In this document: piece after piece, positions 32,699-42,418 of the stretch | Position numbering within the stretch: the stretch's first letter is position 1 | Layout of the letters: every line of letters starts with the position of its first letter | The notes under the pieces: generated by a model | What the model was told of the DNA's origin: nothing | Seen by the model: the letters and a program-made list of their open reading frames with translations, nothing else | Databases searched by the model: none | Made by a program: the position numbers and the translations under genes | NCBI GenBank assembly: GCA_963785415.1 | Contig: CAWAVB010000001.1 | Span: forward strand, 1,187,922 to 1,251,921 | Reading direction: 5' to 3' | DNA: 64,000 nt | Origin: an uncultured Acidimicrobiaceae bacterium | GTDB lineage: Bacteria; Actinomycetota; Acidimicrobiia; Acidimicrobiales; Bog-793

Positions 32699-32923
32699 AT
32701 GGGAGTGATGCGAATACTGGACAGCAGCGGCGACGCCAAGGTCGTCTGGGACGTGCGCGACGACGAGGCCCTCGCTCGGGCGGCGAAGATCTTCGATGGG
32801 CTCGCCGCCGAGGGTGAGATCGCCTACGAGCGGAATGGCCCGCAGACCGTGGCCTCACGCGTCAACGCGTTCAACCCGGACGCGGACGAGATCATCTGGG
32901 TGCGCCCCCTCCAGGGCGGATGA
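32699..32923 (+). CDS. Small (74 aa) soluble hypothetical protein, predicted SOS-regulated
   Basis: ATG is preceded by AAAGGAG. Composition is balanced (MGVMRILDSSGDAKVVWDVRDDEALARAAKIFDGL...) and third-position GC is high. I recognise no family. Confidence 0.6.
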   Translation: MGVMRILDSSGDAKVVWDVRDDEALARAAKIFDGLAAEGEIAYERNGPQTVASRVNAFNPDADEIIWVRPLQGG

Positions 32924-32924
32924 C

Positions 32925-33572
32925 TTGCCTTCGCTGCTCCCGCTCGAAGAGCTCCCCGGCCGTGGTCTCCTCGTCGAGGTCGTCGGCGGCCGCCACGACG
33001 GGGAGCTCCTCGTCGTCGTCTCAGAACGCCGGGGCGCGGGGTGCCGCCGGGCATCGGAGGTCATCGGCGAGTGTGAGATAAGCGATGAGATCCGCGAGAC
33101 GCTCGCCCTTGTCGAGCGCCAAGCTGCTGGGTCGTTGCCGACCGTCCCGGCACGCCCCAGGACAACGAGAGCCCGGCGGCGGGACAGTCCGACGCAGGCC
33201 CAGTCCACTCCGAGTCGGACCGCGGCACGATCGCTCCTCGAGTCGCTCCTCGACGAGGGCCAACTCGCCTCCTGGCACGACCACGGGCGATTCGAGGTTC
33301 CGGTGGCTGACGGGACGGTCGAGCTCGGCGCGCTCTACGACCTGCGATATCGCCGGTCCGACGGAGCCGAGTTCTCGCTTTGCGTGGTGCCGCGGTCGCA
33401 CACGACTCTTCCGCTCGACGATATCTGGACCAACCTGCTGCTCGTTCTGCGTTCCGACCCCCACGAGTTCTTCCGGGTTGCCAACTACCGCCGCTTTGGT
33501 TCGACCGACGCGCTCCGGCGCGGGCCCTTACCGAGACGCTGTGCCGACGTTCCAGCAGGGGCCGGGGCGTGA
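32925..33572 (+). CDS. Hypothetical protein immediately following the SOS-box small ORF
   Basis: The frame shows coding-like third-position GC from about 32925 (a TTG 1 nt after the upstream TGA) to the TGA at 33572. The C-terminal half (LLESLLDEGQLASWHDHGRFEVPVADGTVELGALYDLRYRR...DDIWTNLLLVLRSDPHEFFRVANY) looks like a real fold. The start is uncertain. Confidence 0.45.
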   Translation: MPSLLPLEELPGRGLLVEVVGGRHDGELLVVVSERRGAGCRRASEVIGECEISDEIRETLALVERQAAGSLPTVPARPRTTRARRRDSPTQAQSTPSRTAARSLLESLLDEGQLASWHDHGRFEVPVADGTVELGALYDLRYRRSDGAEFSLCVVPRSHTTLPLDDIWTNLLLVLRSDPHEFFRVANYRRFGSTDALRRGPLPRRCADVPAGAGA

Positions 33573-33629
33573 AATCCGACCGAGCCACGAACCGTTCGCC
33601 CACCTCGTCCCCGGCAGATTCCGCGAGCC

Positions 33630-33992
33630 TCAGCGTCCCCGCACGCGGTCCAGCCGACGGCGGTCCCGCTTCGTCGGACGCCCCGCCGCCGGGTCCCGGA
33701 CGAATGCCACCGGCCCGACGTCCTCCGGGGGCGCAGCCGGGGTGTGGTCCACATAGCAGGACGCGGCGATCGGCGCCCCGACCCGCTTGTCGATCACGGT
33801 GGCGACTTCGAGGATCCGCTCCCTCCCCCGGGTCCGGGTCGTCACACGGTCACCTACCCGCACGCTGCCGGCCGGTTTCACCCTGGCGCCGTTGAGACGC
33901 ACGTGTCCGCCGCGGCACGCCGCCGATGCCTCGGTACGGGTCTTGAAAGCCCGCACCGCCCAAAGCCAGCGGTCGATCCTCGTCGACTCCAT
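33630..33992 (-). CDS. S4-domain RNA-binding protein (Hsp15/HslR-like)
   Basis: MESTRIDRWLWAVRAFKTRTEASAACRGGHVRLNGARVKPAGSVRVGDRV is the S4 alpha-L motif. Confidence 0.8.
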   Translation of the reverse strand: MESTRIDRWLWAVRAFKTRTEASAACRGGHVRLNGARVKPAGSVRVGDRVTTRTRGRERILEVATVIDKRVGAPIAASCYVDHTPAAPPEDVGPVAFVRDPAAGRPTKRDRRRLDRVRGR

Positions 33993-34102
33993 GCGCGCAT
34001 CGTTGCACGGCCCGAAGGGGTGAGCGCAGGAGCCGAGCGGCGTGGCGCGGCAATCGGCCCGGCCTGTGCTCCATGATGGGGGATCGGACCGGGGAGGCGC
34101 GG

Positions 34103-34858
34103 ATGAGGGTTGCGGCTGTCCAGTGCGACGTTGTGTGGGAGGACGTGCCCCTCAACCACGCGCGTCTGGCCGATCGAATCGCGGCCGCCGCCGACGCGGG
34201 GGCCCGGCTCGTGCTGCTGCCCGAGATGTTCGCCAGCGGGTTCTCGATGGCGACGTCTCGAATCGCCGAGCCTGTCGACGGCCCGACGGCGACATTCCTC
34301 GGCGAACAGGCGACCACGCTCGGCGTATGGGTCGGAGGATCGTTCGCGTGCCGAACCGAGGGATCCCTCAAGCCGAGGAACCGCCTCCTCCTCGCCGCCC
34401 CGGACGGTTCGACCGAGTACTACGACAAGGTGCATCCGTTCGCACTTGGTGGCGAGAAGGAACGCTACGCGGCGGGCGACAGGCTCGTCACCGTCGCGAT
34501 CGAAGGAGTCCGCTTCACTCCGTTTATCTGCTACGACCTCCGTTTCGCCGATTGGTTCTGGCGAGCAGCGCCCGGGACCGACTGCTACGTGGTCGTCGCG
34601 AACTGGCCGGCGGAACGACAGTCCCACTGGACCGATTTGCTCCGGGCGCGGGCGATCGAGAACCAGGCCTTCGTCGTCGGCGTCAACCGGGTGGGAGAGG
34701 GCGGCGGCGCCGCCTACCTCGGCCAGAGCGTCGTCTTCGAGCCGTTCGGCGGCGTGGTGGCCGCAGCGGGATCGGCCGAGGAGACCCTGGTCGCCGAGAT
34801 CGATCCGGATCGTGTCGTCGAGGTCCGGTCCCGCTATCCGTTTCTCGCGGACAGGTAG
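34103..34858 (+). CDS. Carbon-nitrogen hydrolase (nitrilase superfamily, omega-amidase-like)
   Basis: MRVAAVQCDVVWED...LVLLPEMFASGF (catalytic Glu), KVHPF (Lys), and ICYDLRF (Cys). Confidence 0.85.
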   Translation: MRVAAVQCDVVWEDVPLNHARLADRIAAAADAGARLVLLPEMFASGFSMATSRIAEPVDGPTATFLGEQATTLGVWVGGSFACRTEGSLKPRNRLLLAAPDGSTEYYDKVHPFALGGEKERYAAGDRLVTVAIEGVRFTPFICYDLRFADWFWRAAPGTDCYVVVANWPAERQSHWTDLLRARAIENQAFVVGVNRVGEGGGAAYLGQSVVFEPFGGVVAAAGSAEETLVAEIDPDRVVEVRSRYPFLADR

Positions 34859-34864
34859 TCAGAC

Positions 34865-35245
34865 GTGCACGTCCGCGACGAATTCGCCATCAAGTACGGC
34901 GCGTTCCGGCTGCTGCTTTCCGTGCTGGGCCTCGGTCCCCGCTTCTCCCGCGTCGTCGTCGACGCCGACCGCCTCATCGTGAAGATGGGCTGGGGGTTCT
35001 CGGCTGACGTCCCCCGGTCCGCGATCGCGTCGGCGCAGCGAAGCCGGGGACCGGTCGGCGGGATCGGCGTGCACGGATGGCGCGGTCGCTGGCTCGTCAA
35101 CGGGGCCGCCTCCGGACTGGTGATTATTCGATTTGATCCTCGCCGACGGGCCCGGGTCATGGGCCTACCTGTCGCGCTCGCCGACCTGTGCATCTCGCTC
35201 GAGGAACCGGACCGGTTCGTCGCAAAGACCGCACCGGGCACCTAG
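34865..35245 (+). CDS. Hypothetical protein
   Basis: 126 aa, GTG start, very high third-position GC, no recognisable motif. Confidence 0.5.
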   Translation: MHVRDEFAIKYGAFRLLLSVLGLGPRFSRVVVDADRLIVKMGWGFSADVPRSAIASAQRSRGPVGGIGVHGWRGRWLVNGAASGLVIIRFDPRRRARVMGLPVALADLCISLEEPDRFVAKTAPGT

Positions 35246-35404
35246 CGAAGCTCCGCCTACGCCAGCTCCTGGACTTCCAGCCGGACGCGCCGAGCCCTGC
35301 GTCCCGATAAGGTCGGCGCGCTGCCGGCGTAGAGGCGGACGCCCGAACCTCCCGCGGCCGTCGACCCACTCGACGACACGACAAGCGGCCGGACAGAATC
35401 TGAC

Positions 35405-36247
35405 ATGGCCTGGCACGTCACCGAGTCAATCGACCTCTACACCGAGCACGTCTGGGATCTCCTGACGAGTCGAGCCGACCTCAACACGGTCGCGCTCACC
35501 CAGATCACCAGCGCCCGAACCGAGACGTTCTGGTCGAGCGACGAGCCGACATTCGCCTGGTGGAGTCACGGCGGCCGGACGCTCGGGGCCGTCTCGCTCA
35601 CGCCCCCCTACGAGATGCTGTTGAACGTCGTGCCGGACGGGACGCTCGAGGAGCTCGTCGCCGTCTTGCATCGCAATGGGACGTCGGTGCCCGGCGTGAA
35701 CGGCGTTCCCGACACGGCGAGCCGATTCGCCGAGCTATGGACCGCCGGCACCTCCCTGCCGACCGTGCTCACGCGGCGGATGCGCCTCTACGGCACGGCG
35801 CGCATCGTCGCCCCGGAACCGGCCCCGGCGGGTCGCGCCCGGCTGGCCCGCGAGGACGAGATCGACCTCATCGTCGACTGGTACGGGGCGTTCGGCCGGG
35901 AGCTGCACGACCGGCCGATCGACGCGCGCCCGTTCGTGCGGGAACGGGTCGCGGCCGGACTCGCCTGGCTCTGGGAGGACGCGGACGGCACGCCCGCGTC
36001 GCTCGCGGCGCGCCATCAGCCCGCCGCCGGCGTCTCACGGATCGGACCCGTCTACACACCACTGCAGCATCGCCGGTTCGGGTACGGCGCGGCGGCCACC
36101 GCGTCGTGCTCCCAGCACGCGCTCGACACGGACTCGGCGTCGACGGTCCTTTTCACCGACCTCGACAACCCGACTTCGAACGACATCTATCAGAAGATTG
36201 GCTACGCACCGCTTGAGGACCGGCTCGTCCTGAGCTTCGAGGCATAG
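35405..36247 (+). CDS. GNAT-family acetyltransferase (two-lobed)
   Basis: The C-terminal VYTPLQHRRFGYGAAATASCSQHAL...VLFTDLDNPTSNDIYQKIGY matches the acetyl-CoA-binding motif A. Confidence 0.7.
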   Translation: MAWHVTESIDLYTEHVWDLLTSRADLNTVALTQITSARTETFWSSDEPTFAWWSHGGRTLGAVSLTPPYEMLLNVVPDGTLEELVAVLHRNGTSVPGVNGVPDTASRFAELWTAGTSLPTVLTRRMRLYGTARIVAPEPAPAGRARLAREDEIDLIVDWYGAFGRELHDRPIDARPFVRERVAAGLAWLWEDADGTPASLAARHQPAAGVSRIGPVYTPLQHRRFGYGAAATASCSQHALDTDSASTVLFTDLDNPTSNDIYQKIGYAPLEDRLVLSFEA

Positions 36248-36460
36248 GCCTTTCTCGCCGCCGGCGAACCGCGACGCGGCCCCAGAACCGGACGCGATAC
36301 GGACGGAACTAAAGTCTGTCTCGTCGCGCATGGGCGACAGGTGTGCCGGGAAGCCTGGTCGGCGAGGAAAGGACCGTGCCAGTGACCGTCGCCAGTCGTC
36401 AGGTGTCCCGCCGCCGCACCGTTGAACAGATCTCGTCCACCGATTCGTCGCGCGCCACAT

Positions 36461-37897
36461 CCGATGTCCGGGGCTGAGCTGCCGGTCGCCTCGCCTCCCG
36501 AGAGGCGCGGGCGGAGCGGGCGGGGCAGGCTGCCGAGCTGGCGGTGGGAGGCGCTCCGGACGACCTTCTGGTTCGTGCCGACCGTCCTCGTGCTCGTCGC
36601 GGGCCTGTTGTTCGTGGCCACGCTCGAGATCGACTGGGCCGTCTACCACAAGCACCTGGCGTTGCCGTTCTGGATCGCGACAATCAGCGCCGGCACGGGT
36701 CGCGAGGTGCTCATCGGGATCGCCGCGGCGATCATCACCGTCGTCGGCGTCGTGTTCTCAGTCACCATCGTGGCCCTCACCCTCGCCTCTCAGCAGTTCG
36801 GACCCCGCATGATGCGGAACTTCGTGCGGGACGTCGGCAACCAGATGACGCTCGGCGTCTTCGTCGCGACGTTCGTCTACTCGATCCTCACGCTCGTGGC
36901 GATCACGCGGGTCACCAACGGCACGTTCGTCCCCCACCTCTCGATCACCGTCTCCGAAGCACTCGTGCTCGTCGACCTGGCGGTGCTGATCTACTTCATC
37001 CACCACATCTCCAAGTCGATCCAGCTTCCCGAGGTCATCGCGAGCATCGCCACCGACCTCGTACGCGCGATCGACGCGGAATTCCCGGAGATCGCCTCGG
37101 ACGAACGCCCGCTGCCCGATGCGAGCGGAAGGTCACTGAACGAGATCCTCGGCCTCATCGATCAGCACGGGGCACCGGTCATCGCCAGCGCGAGCGGCTA
37201 TTTGCAGTTTGTCGGTTACGGGCAGCTGGTCGACATCGCGGCCCGGACCGATTCGGTCATCCGCCTCGCCTACAGCCCCGGGCACTTCATCGTGGCCGGC
37301 CGGCCGCTCGCCTCGATCTGGCCACCCGAGGCCGCCGACCAGGTGGCGATCGCGCTCGCCCGGGCCCACGTGACCGGACCCCACCGGACACTCATGCAGG
37401 ATCCCGTCTTCGCGATCGACCAACTCGTCGAGATCGCGATCCGCGCCCTCTCGGCGGCGGTCAACGACGCGTTCACGGCCATCACCTGCATCGACTGGCT
37501 ATCGGCGGGCCTCAGCCGCGTCTCGGGACGCGTCCTCGCGGAGGGCGTCTACCGGGACCGCGACGGGCGCATCCGGCTCATCGAAACGGACCCGTCGTAC
37601 GCCCGGATGGTCGACCGGGCCTTCGACAAGGTCCGTCAAGCGGCTCGCGGCATGCCGGCGATCATCCTCCGAATGATCGACGCCCTCGCCGCGATCGGCG
37701 ACCTGACGACGACCCCCGAACAGCGTCGGGTGCTCTTGCGCCAGGCCGACGCGATCTTGCGCGGCGCCGAGGAGTCCGTGTCGGAACCGAACGACCGCGC
37801 CGACATCCGAGCCCACTACGAGCGGTTGGTACGGCGATCGGCCGACCGCGACGCGGCGACCCATCGGTTCCCCGGCACGGCCGCGCTCGGGCAATGA
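36461..37897 (+). CDS. DUF2254-type membrane protein
   Basis: N-terminal TM segments (FWFVPTVLVLVAGLLFVATLEI, AAIITVVGVVFSVTIVALTLASQQFGPRMMRNF) followed by a large soluble domain. ATG 36461 is preferred over the track start because third-position GC is low before it. Confidence 0.65.
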   Translation, partial: PMSGAELPVASPPERRGRSGRGRLPSWRWEALRTTFWFVPTVLVLVAGLLFVATLEIDWAVYHKHLALPFWIATISAGTGREVLIGIAAAIITVVGVVFSVTIVALTLASQQFGPRMMRNFVRDVGNQMTLGVFVATFVYSILTLVAITRVTNGTFVPHLSITVSEALVLVDLAVLIYFIHHISKSIQLPEVIASIATDLVRAIDAEFPEIASDERPLPDASGRSLNEILGLIDQHGAPVIASASGYLQFVGYGQLVDIAARTDSVIRLAYSPGHFIVAGRPLASIWPPEAADQVAIALARAHVTGPHRTLMQDPVFAIDQLVEIAIRALSAAVNDAFTAITCIDWLSAGLSRVSGRVLAEGVYRDRDGRIRLIETDPSYARMVDRAFDKVRQAARGMPAIILRMIDALAAIGDLTTTPEQRRVLLRQADAILRGAEESVSEPNDRADIRAHYERLVRRSADRDAATHRFPGTAALGQ

Positions 37898-38110
37898 ATT
37901 CGGGGTGCGGCTGAGAACCTGTCCGGCGCAACAATCGGCGCGGCGGCACGACCGGGCTTCGAGCCAGGGGCTCACCCGCGGCACCCGGGCAGGGTCGGGC
38001 CACCCGGGTGACCCCTCGCCGGCGCGCACGGCTTCACCCGGGGGGACTCGGAGGAACCGCCCGGAATACTTCCCGGTGTCGTCACGTTCGTTCTTGTCAG
38101 TCAACGCGCG

Positions 38111-38134
38111 GCACCGCTAATTTGCACCGCTAAT
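38111..38134 (+). repeat. Tandem direct repeat GCACCGCTAAT-tt-GCACCGCTAAT, 34 nt upstream of cydA
   Basis: Read directly. Each copy ends in a TAnnnT-type hexamer (TAATTT / TAATGT), so these are candidate duplicated -10 elements or response-regulator half-sites. Confidence 0.5.
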
Positions 38135-38167
38135 GTCAGCTCCGCGCTGGCGACTGGGGGAGGGGCG

Positions 38168-39550
38168 ATGACGCTGGACCTGGCACGATGGCAGTTCGCC
38201 GTCGTCACGATCTTCCACTTCTTCTTCGTGCCCCTGACGATCGGCCTCAGCTTCCTCGTCGCCATCATGCAGACACTCTCCTACCGGCGAAAGGACCCCG
38301 GCTGGGACCGGATGAGCCGATTCTTCGGGCGCCTGTTCCTCATCAACCTCGCCGTCGGCGTCGTCACCGGCATCGTCCTCGAGTTCCAGTTCGGCCTCAA
38401 CTGGTCCGCGTACTCGGTCTTCGTCGGCAACATCTTCGGGGCCCCGCTCGCCATCGAGGGGCTCTTCGCGTTCTTCCTGGAATCGACGTTCGTCGGCCTA
38501 TGGATATTCGGCAGGGGACGCCTCTCGCCCCGGCTGCACCTCGCCACGATCTGGCTCGTCGCCGTGGGCACCGTGCTCTCGGTGCTTTTCATCCTGGCCG
38601 CCAACTCCTGGATGCAGCACCCGGTCGGCTACAAGGTCGTCCATGGCCAGGCGGTGCTCACGAACTTCTGGCTGATACTCGGCAACCCGACGCTGTGGGC
38701 CTCGTTCGGCCACACCGTGCTGGCGGCCTTCACCACCGGGGGTGCCGTGGCGCTCGGCATCTGCGTGTGGCGGGCGCACCGCGACCGGAACGACCCCGAG
38801 TCCCGCCGGGCCTTCCAGCGCGCGGCCCACCTCACCACGATCTTCCTGCTCGTCTCCGTCGTGCTCACCGCCGTCGCCGGCGACTCCATCGCCCGGGAGA
38901 TGAACACCCAGGAGCCGATGAAGATGGCAGCCGCCGAGGGTCTCTACCACACGACGAGCGGCGCACCCTTCTCGCTCGTCACGATCACCGATCTCTCCGA
39001 CCAGCCGGTCGTCCAGATCCGGGTGCCACACGTGCTCTCGTTGATCGACGACCTGAGCTGGAACGGCCAGGTGCCCGGCATCGACAACCTCCAGGCGGCC
39101 GACGTCGCCAAGTTCGGCCCCGGGAGCTACGTCCCGATGGTCTGGCTCGTCTTCTGGTCGTTCCGGGTGATGGTCGGCGTCGGCATGCTCCTCATCCTGC
39201 TCGGGCTCTGGGGCCTGTGGCTCGCCAGGAAGAAGAAGCTCACCGAGAACGTGTGGTTCCGGCGAGCAGCGCTGTTCGCGATCGTCCTGCCGTTCATCGC
39301 CAACACGTCCGGCTGGATCATGACCGAGGCCGGTCGGCAGCCGTGGATCGTCTACGGAGTGATGCTGACGGCGAAGGGGGTCTCGAGCGTCACCGTCGCC
39401 GACGTCGCGACGACGCTCGGTGCCTTCGTGCTCCTCTACACCGTCCTCGGCGTCGTCGAGGCGGTGCTGATCACGCGCTCGGCCCGCCGGCCGCTCGACG
39501 AACCCGGGAACGACGCCGAGAAGTCCCTCGTGCCCGGCCTCGTGTACTGA
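38168..39550 (+). CDS. cydA: Cytochrome bd ubiquinol/menaquinol oxidase subunit I
   Basis: ARWQFAVVTIFHFFFVPLTIGLSF N-terminus, a Q-loop region and 9 TM segments. GGGGGAGGGG RBS. Confidence 0.95.
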   Translation: MTLDLARWQFAVVTIFHFFFVPLTIGLSFLVAIMQTLSYRRKDPGWDRMSRFFGRLFLINLAVGVVTGIVLEFQFGLNWSAYSVFVGNIFGAPLAIEGLFAFFLESTFVGLWIFGRGRLSPRLHLATIWLVAVGTVLSVLFILAANSWMQHPVGYKVVHGQAVLTNFWLILGNPTLWASFGHTVLAAFTTGGAVALGICVWRAHRDRNDPESRRAFQRAAHLTTIFLLVSVVLTAVAGDSIAREMNTQEPMKMAAAEGLYHTTSGAPFSLVTITDLSDQPVVQIRVPHVLSLIDDLSWNGQVPGIDNLQAADVAKFGPGSYVPMVWLVFWSFRVMVGVGMLLILLGLWGLWLARKKKLTENVWFRRAALFAIVLPFIANTSGWIMTEAGRQPWIVYGVMLTAKGVSSVTVADVATTLGAFVLLYTVLGVVEAVLITRSARRPLDEPGNDAEKSLVPGLVY

Positions 39551-39560
39551 GGAGGACGCG

Positions 39561-40610
39561 ATGACCCCATTCTCCGACCTCAACACGACCTGGTTCGCCC
39601 TCATCGGGCTGTTATGGACCGGCTACTTCTTCCTCGAGGGGTTCGATTACGGCGTGGCCGTCGTCACGCCCTTCATCGCCCGGGACGAAACCGACCGGCG
39701 GATGTGCCTGAACGCCGTCGGACCCGTCTGGGACGGGAACGAGGTCTGGCTCATCGTCGCCGGCGGGGCGATGTTCGCGGCGTTCCCGCTCTGGTACGCG
39801 CGCCTGTTCAGCGGCTTCTACCTGGCGCTTTTCCTCGTGCTCATCGCCCTCATCTTCCGGGGCATCTCGTTCGAGTTCCGCCAGCACGACGACCGGCAGA
39901 GCTGGCGGCGGACCTGGGACACCGCGAACTTCGTCGGCAGCCTCATCCCCGCCTTCGTCTGGGGGGTCGCCTTCACCAACCTCGTCCACGGGCTGCCGCT
40001 GTCACCGGGGGGCCACTACTTTGGGGGGCTGCCCGGACTGCTCCACCCGATCGCCATCGTCGGCGGGCTCGCCAGCCTGGCCGTCTTCGTCTTCCACGGC
40101 TCGCTCTTCCTCAGCCTGAAAACGAGCGGTGACGTCGCCCGGCGCGCCCGGCGCGCCGCCGGTGTCGTCGGCGTCGCCGCCGTGGCCCTCCTCGGTGGTG
40201 CCGTCGCCTGGGTGGCCGAGGCTGGCCGACCGGCGGTCGCGGGCTCCGTGAGCCCGGTCCTGCCGCTCGTCCTCGGGATCGGCGCCGTCGCCGCCCTGGT
40301 CGCGGCGACCGCCCTCGTCGTCGCCCACCGGGACGGGTGGGCGTTCGCCGCCACCGGCACGGCGATCCTCGCGACGATGGGAGCGGTCTTTGGCCGGATG
40401 TTCCCCGCCGTCCTTCCGGCGAGCAACCGGGCCGCGAACGCCCTCACCATCGCGGCGAGCGCCTCGCAGCACAACACGCTCATCGTCATGACCATCGCGG
40501 CGGCCTGCTTCACGCCGTTCGTCCTCGCCTACCAGGCCTGGACGTACTGGGTGTTCCGCCAGAGGATCATCCGCCCGGTCGCCACGCCCGGCGCCGCCGC
40601 CGCGAGCTAG
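39561..40610 (+). CDS. cydB: Cytochrome bd oxidase subunit II
   Basis: WFALIGLLWTGYFFLEGFDYGVA is the typical CydB N-terminus. Confidence 0.95.
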   Translation: MTPFSDLNTTWFALIGLLWTGYFFLEGFDYGVAVVTPFIARDETDRRMCLNAVGPVWDGNEVWLIVAGGAMFAAFPLWYARLFSGFYLALFLVLIALIFRGISFEFRQHDDRQSWRRTWDTANFVGSLIPAFVWGVAFTNLVHGLPLSPGGHYFGGLPGLLHPIAIVGGLASLAVFVFHGSLFLSLKTSGDVARRARRAAGVVGVAAVALLGGAVAWVAEAGRPAVAGSVSPVLPLVLGIGAVAALVAATALVVAHRDGWAFAATGTAILATMGAVFGRMFPAVLPASNRAANALTIAASASQHNTLIVMTIAAACFTPFVLAYQAWTYWVFRQRIIRPVATPGAAAAS

Positions 40611-40612
40611 AC

Positions 40613-42418
40613 GTGCCCGGCCGCTTCGGCGCACGCCGCCGGGGGGCCGAGCGGACCCGATCGGGCGCCGACCGACACCTCGTCGGCGAGCTGCCGGTCG
40701 TGCGGCGCACCATCGCCGCCTCCGTCGCGGTCGGGCTCGTCTCCACGGCCACCGTCGTCGTCCAGGCGGTCGCGCTCGCCCACCTCCTCGCCGGCGCGCT
40801 GCCCGGGGCCAGCCCCGGGGACCGGCTCACCGACTTCGTCTGGCTGGGCGGCGCAGCCGTCGTCCGCGGCCTCGCCGCGCTCGTGGGCGAGACCCTCGCC
40901 CACCACGGTGCGACAACGGCCAAGGCCGACCTGCGATCGCGACTCGTCTCCGCGGCCCTCGCCCGAGCCCCCTTTGGAGACACAGGCGGTCCGGGAGACC
41001 TCGCGACGGTGGCCGGACGCGGGCTCGACGCCCTCGACGTCTACATCGGGCGGTGCCTGCCGGATCTCGTCCTCGCGGTCGTGGCTCCGCTCGCCCTCGC
41101 GGTCGCCGTCGGCGTGCTCGACTGGATTTCGGGTCTCATCGTCGTCGCGGCGATCTGCCTGTTCCCGGTGTTTGGCGCGCTCGTCGGACGGGCGAGCCTG
41201 GCGCTCGCCGGCAACCGCTGGAACCAGGTCGAGGACCTCGGCCGTCACATCACAGACGTCTTCGAGGGCCTTCCCGTCCTGCGGGCCTTCGGCCGCACCG
41301 CCGAGCAACGCGCCCGCATCGCGCGGGCCGGCGAGGCGCTGCGGACCGCCAGCCTGTCGACGCTGCGCGTCGCCTTCCTCTCGGCGCTCGTGCTCGACAC
41401 GCTGGCGTCGGTCTCAGTCGCCCTCCTCGCGGTCCCCCTCGGGCTGCGGCTGCTGAACGGGACGGTCGAGCTCCCCGCCGCGCTCGCCGTGCTGATCGTC
41501 GCGCCCGAGGTCTTCCTGCCTCTGCGCCGGGCGAGCGCCGAGTTCCACGAGAGCACCGAGGGGCTCGCCGCGGTCGCCCAGGCGCTGGTGCTCATTGGCC
41601 CGGGACGGCCGTCCGGGACATCCTCGGCTCCGGCCGTCGCGACACGGGTCGCGGCGGTCCCGGACCCGACGCGGGTGACGGTCGCGCTGCGCGCCGTGCG
41701 CTACGAGATCCCGGGCCGGCCCGAACCGGTCCTCGACGATGCCGACCTCGCCATCGCCCCGAGCGAGACCGTCGTCGTGGTCGGCCCGAACGGCGCGGGG
41801 AAGTCGACCGCGGCCACCCTGCTCCTCGGGTTCGCCTCCCCGAGCCGCGGGTCGGTCACCGTCGGCGACGTGGATCTGCGCGACATCGATCTGCGGGCGT
41901 GGCGCAGGCAGATCACCTACCTGCCCGAGCATCCGGCGCTCCTCGGCCGCACGCTCGCCGAGAACCTCCGGCTCGCCGATCCCGAGGCGAGCGACGACGA
42001 CCTCGTCGCCGCGCTCGGCGCGGCCGGCGCCCCCGAGCTCGTCCACGACCTGCCCGAAGGGCTCGACACGCGTCTCGGTGACGGCGGGCGACCGGTGTCG
42101 TCGGGGGAGCTGCAGCGCATCGCGCTCGCGCGCGCGTTCCTGCGCCGCGGATCCCTCTACGTCCTCGACGAGCCAACGGTGCATCTCGACGCGGCGAGCG
42201 AAGAGGCGGTCGTCGCCGGGCTCCGCCGGTTGCTCGCCGGACGCAGCGCGTTCGTCGTGACGCACCGCCCGGCGGTCGTCGACCTCGCCGACCGGGTCGT
42301 GACGTTGCGCGCCGGCCGGTTCGTCCCGGCCGGGGGCCCGTACGGGATGCCGTCGGGTGCTCCCGGCGCCGAACCGGCGGGGGTCGGCGAGACGACCGGG
42401 GCGATCGTGCCCTCATGA
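40613..42418 (+). CDS. cydD: Thiol reductant ABC exporter CydD (permease + ATPase)
   Basis: TM domain followed by GPNGAGKST, SSGELQRIALARA and VLDEPT. GTG at 40613 lies just after the cydB stop; the exact start is uncertain. Confidence 0.85.
   Translation: MPGRFGARRRGAERTRSGADRHLVGELPVVRRTIAASVAVGLVSTATVVVQAVALAHLLAGALPGASPGDRLTDFVWLGGAAVVRGLAALVGETLAHHGATTAKADLRSRLVSAALARAPFGDTGGPGDLATVAGRGLDALDVYIGRCLPDLVLAVVAPLALAVAVGVLDWISGLIVVAAICLFPVFGALVGRASLALAGNRWNQVEDLGRHITDVFEGLPVLRAFGRTAEQRARIARAGEALRTASLSTLRVAFLSALVLDTLASVSVALLAVPLGLRLLNGTVELPAALAVLIVAPEVFLPLRRASAEFHESTEGLAAVAQALVLIGPGRPSGTSSAPAVATRVAAVPDPTRVTVALRAVRYEIPGRPEPVLDDADLAIAPSETVVVVGPNGAGKSTAATLLLGFASPSRGSVTVGDVDLRDIDLRAWRRQITYLPEHPALLGRTLAENLRLADPEASDDDLVAALGAAGAPELVHDLPEGLDTRLGDGGRPVSSGELQRIALARAFLRRGSLYVLDEPTVHLDAASEEAVVAGLRRLLAGRSAFVVTHRPAVVDLADRVVTLRAGRFVPAGGPYGMPSGAPGAEPAGVGETTGAIVPS

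Noticed and set aside
32920-33078. Alternative ORF starting at an ATG that overlaps the small-ORF stop (ATGA), MTCLRCSRSKSS...
   Set aside because: Ser/Arg-rich with poor third-position GC. The neighbouring frame (32925..33572) has the coding-like signal.
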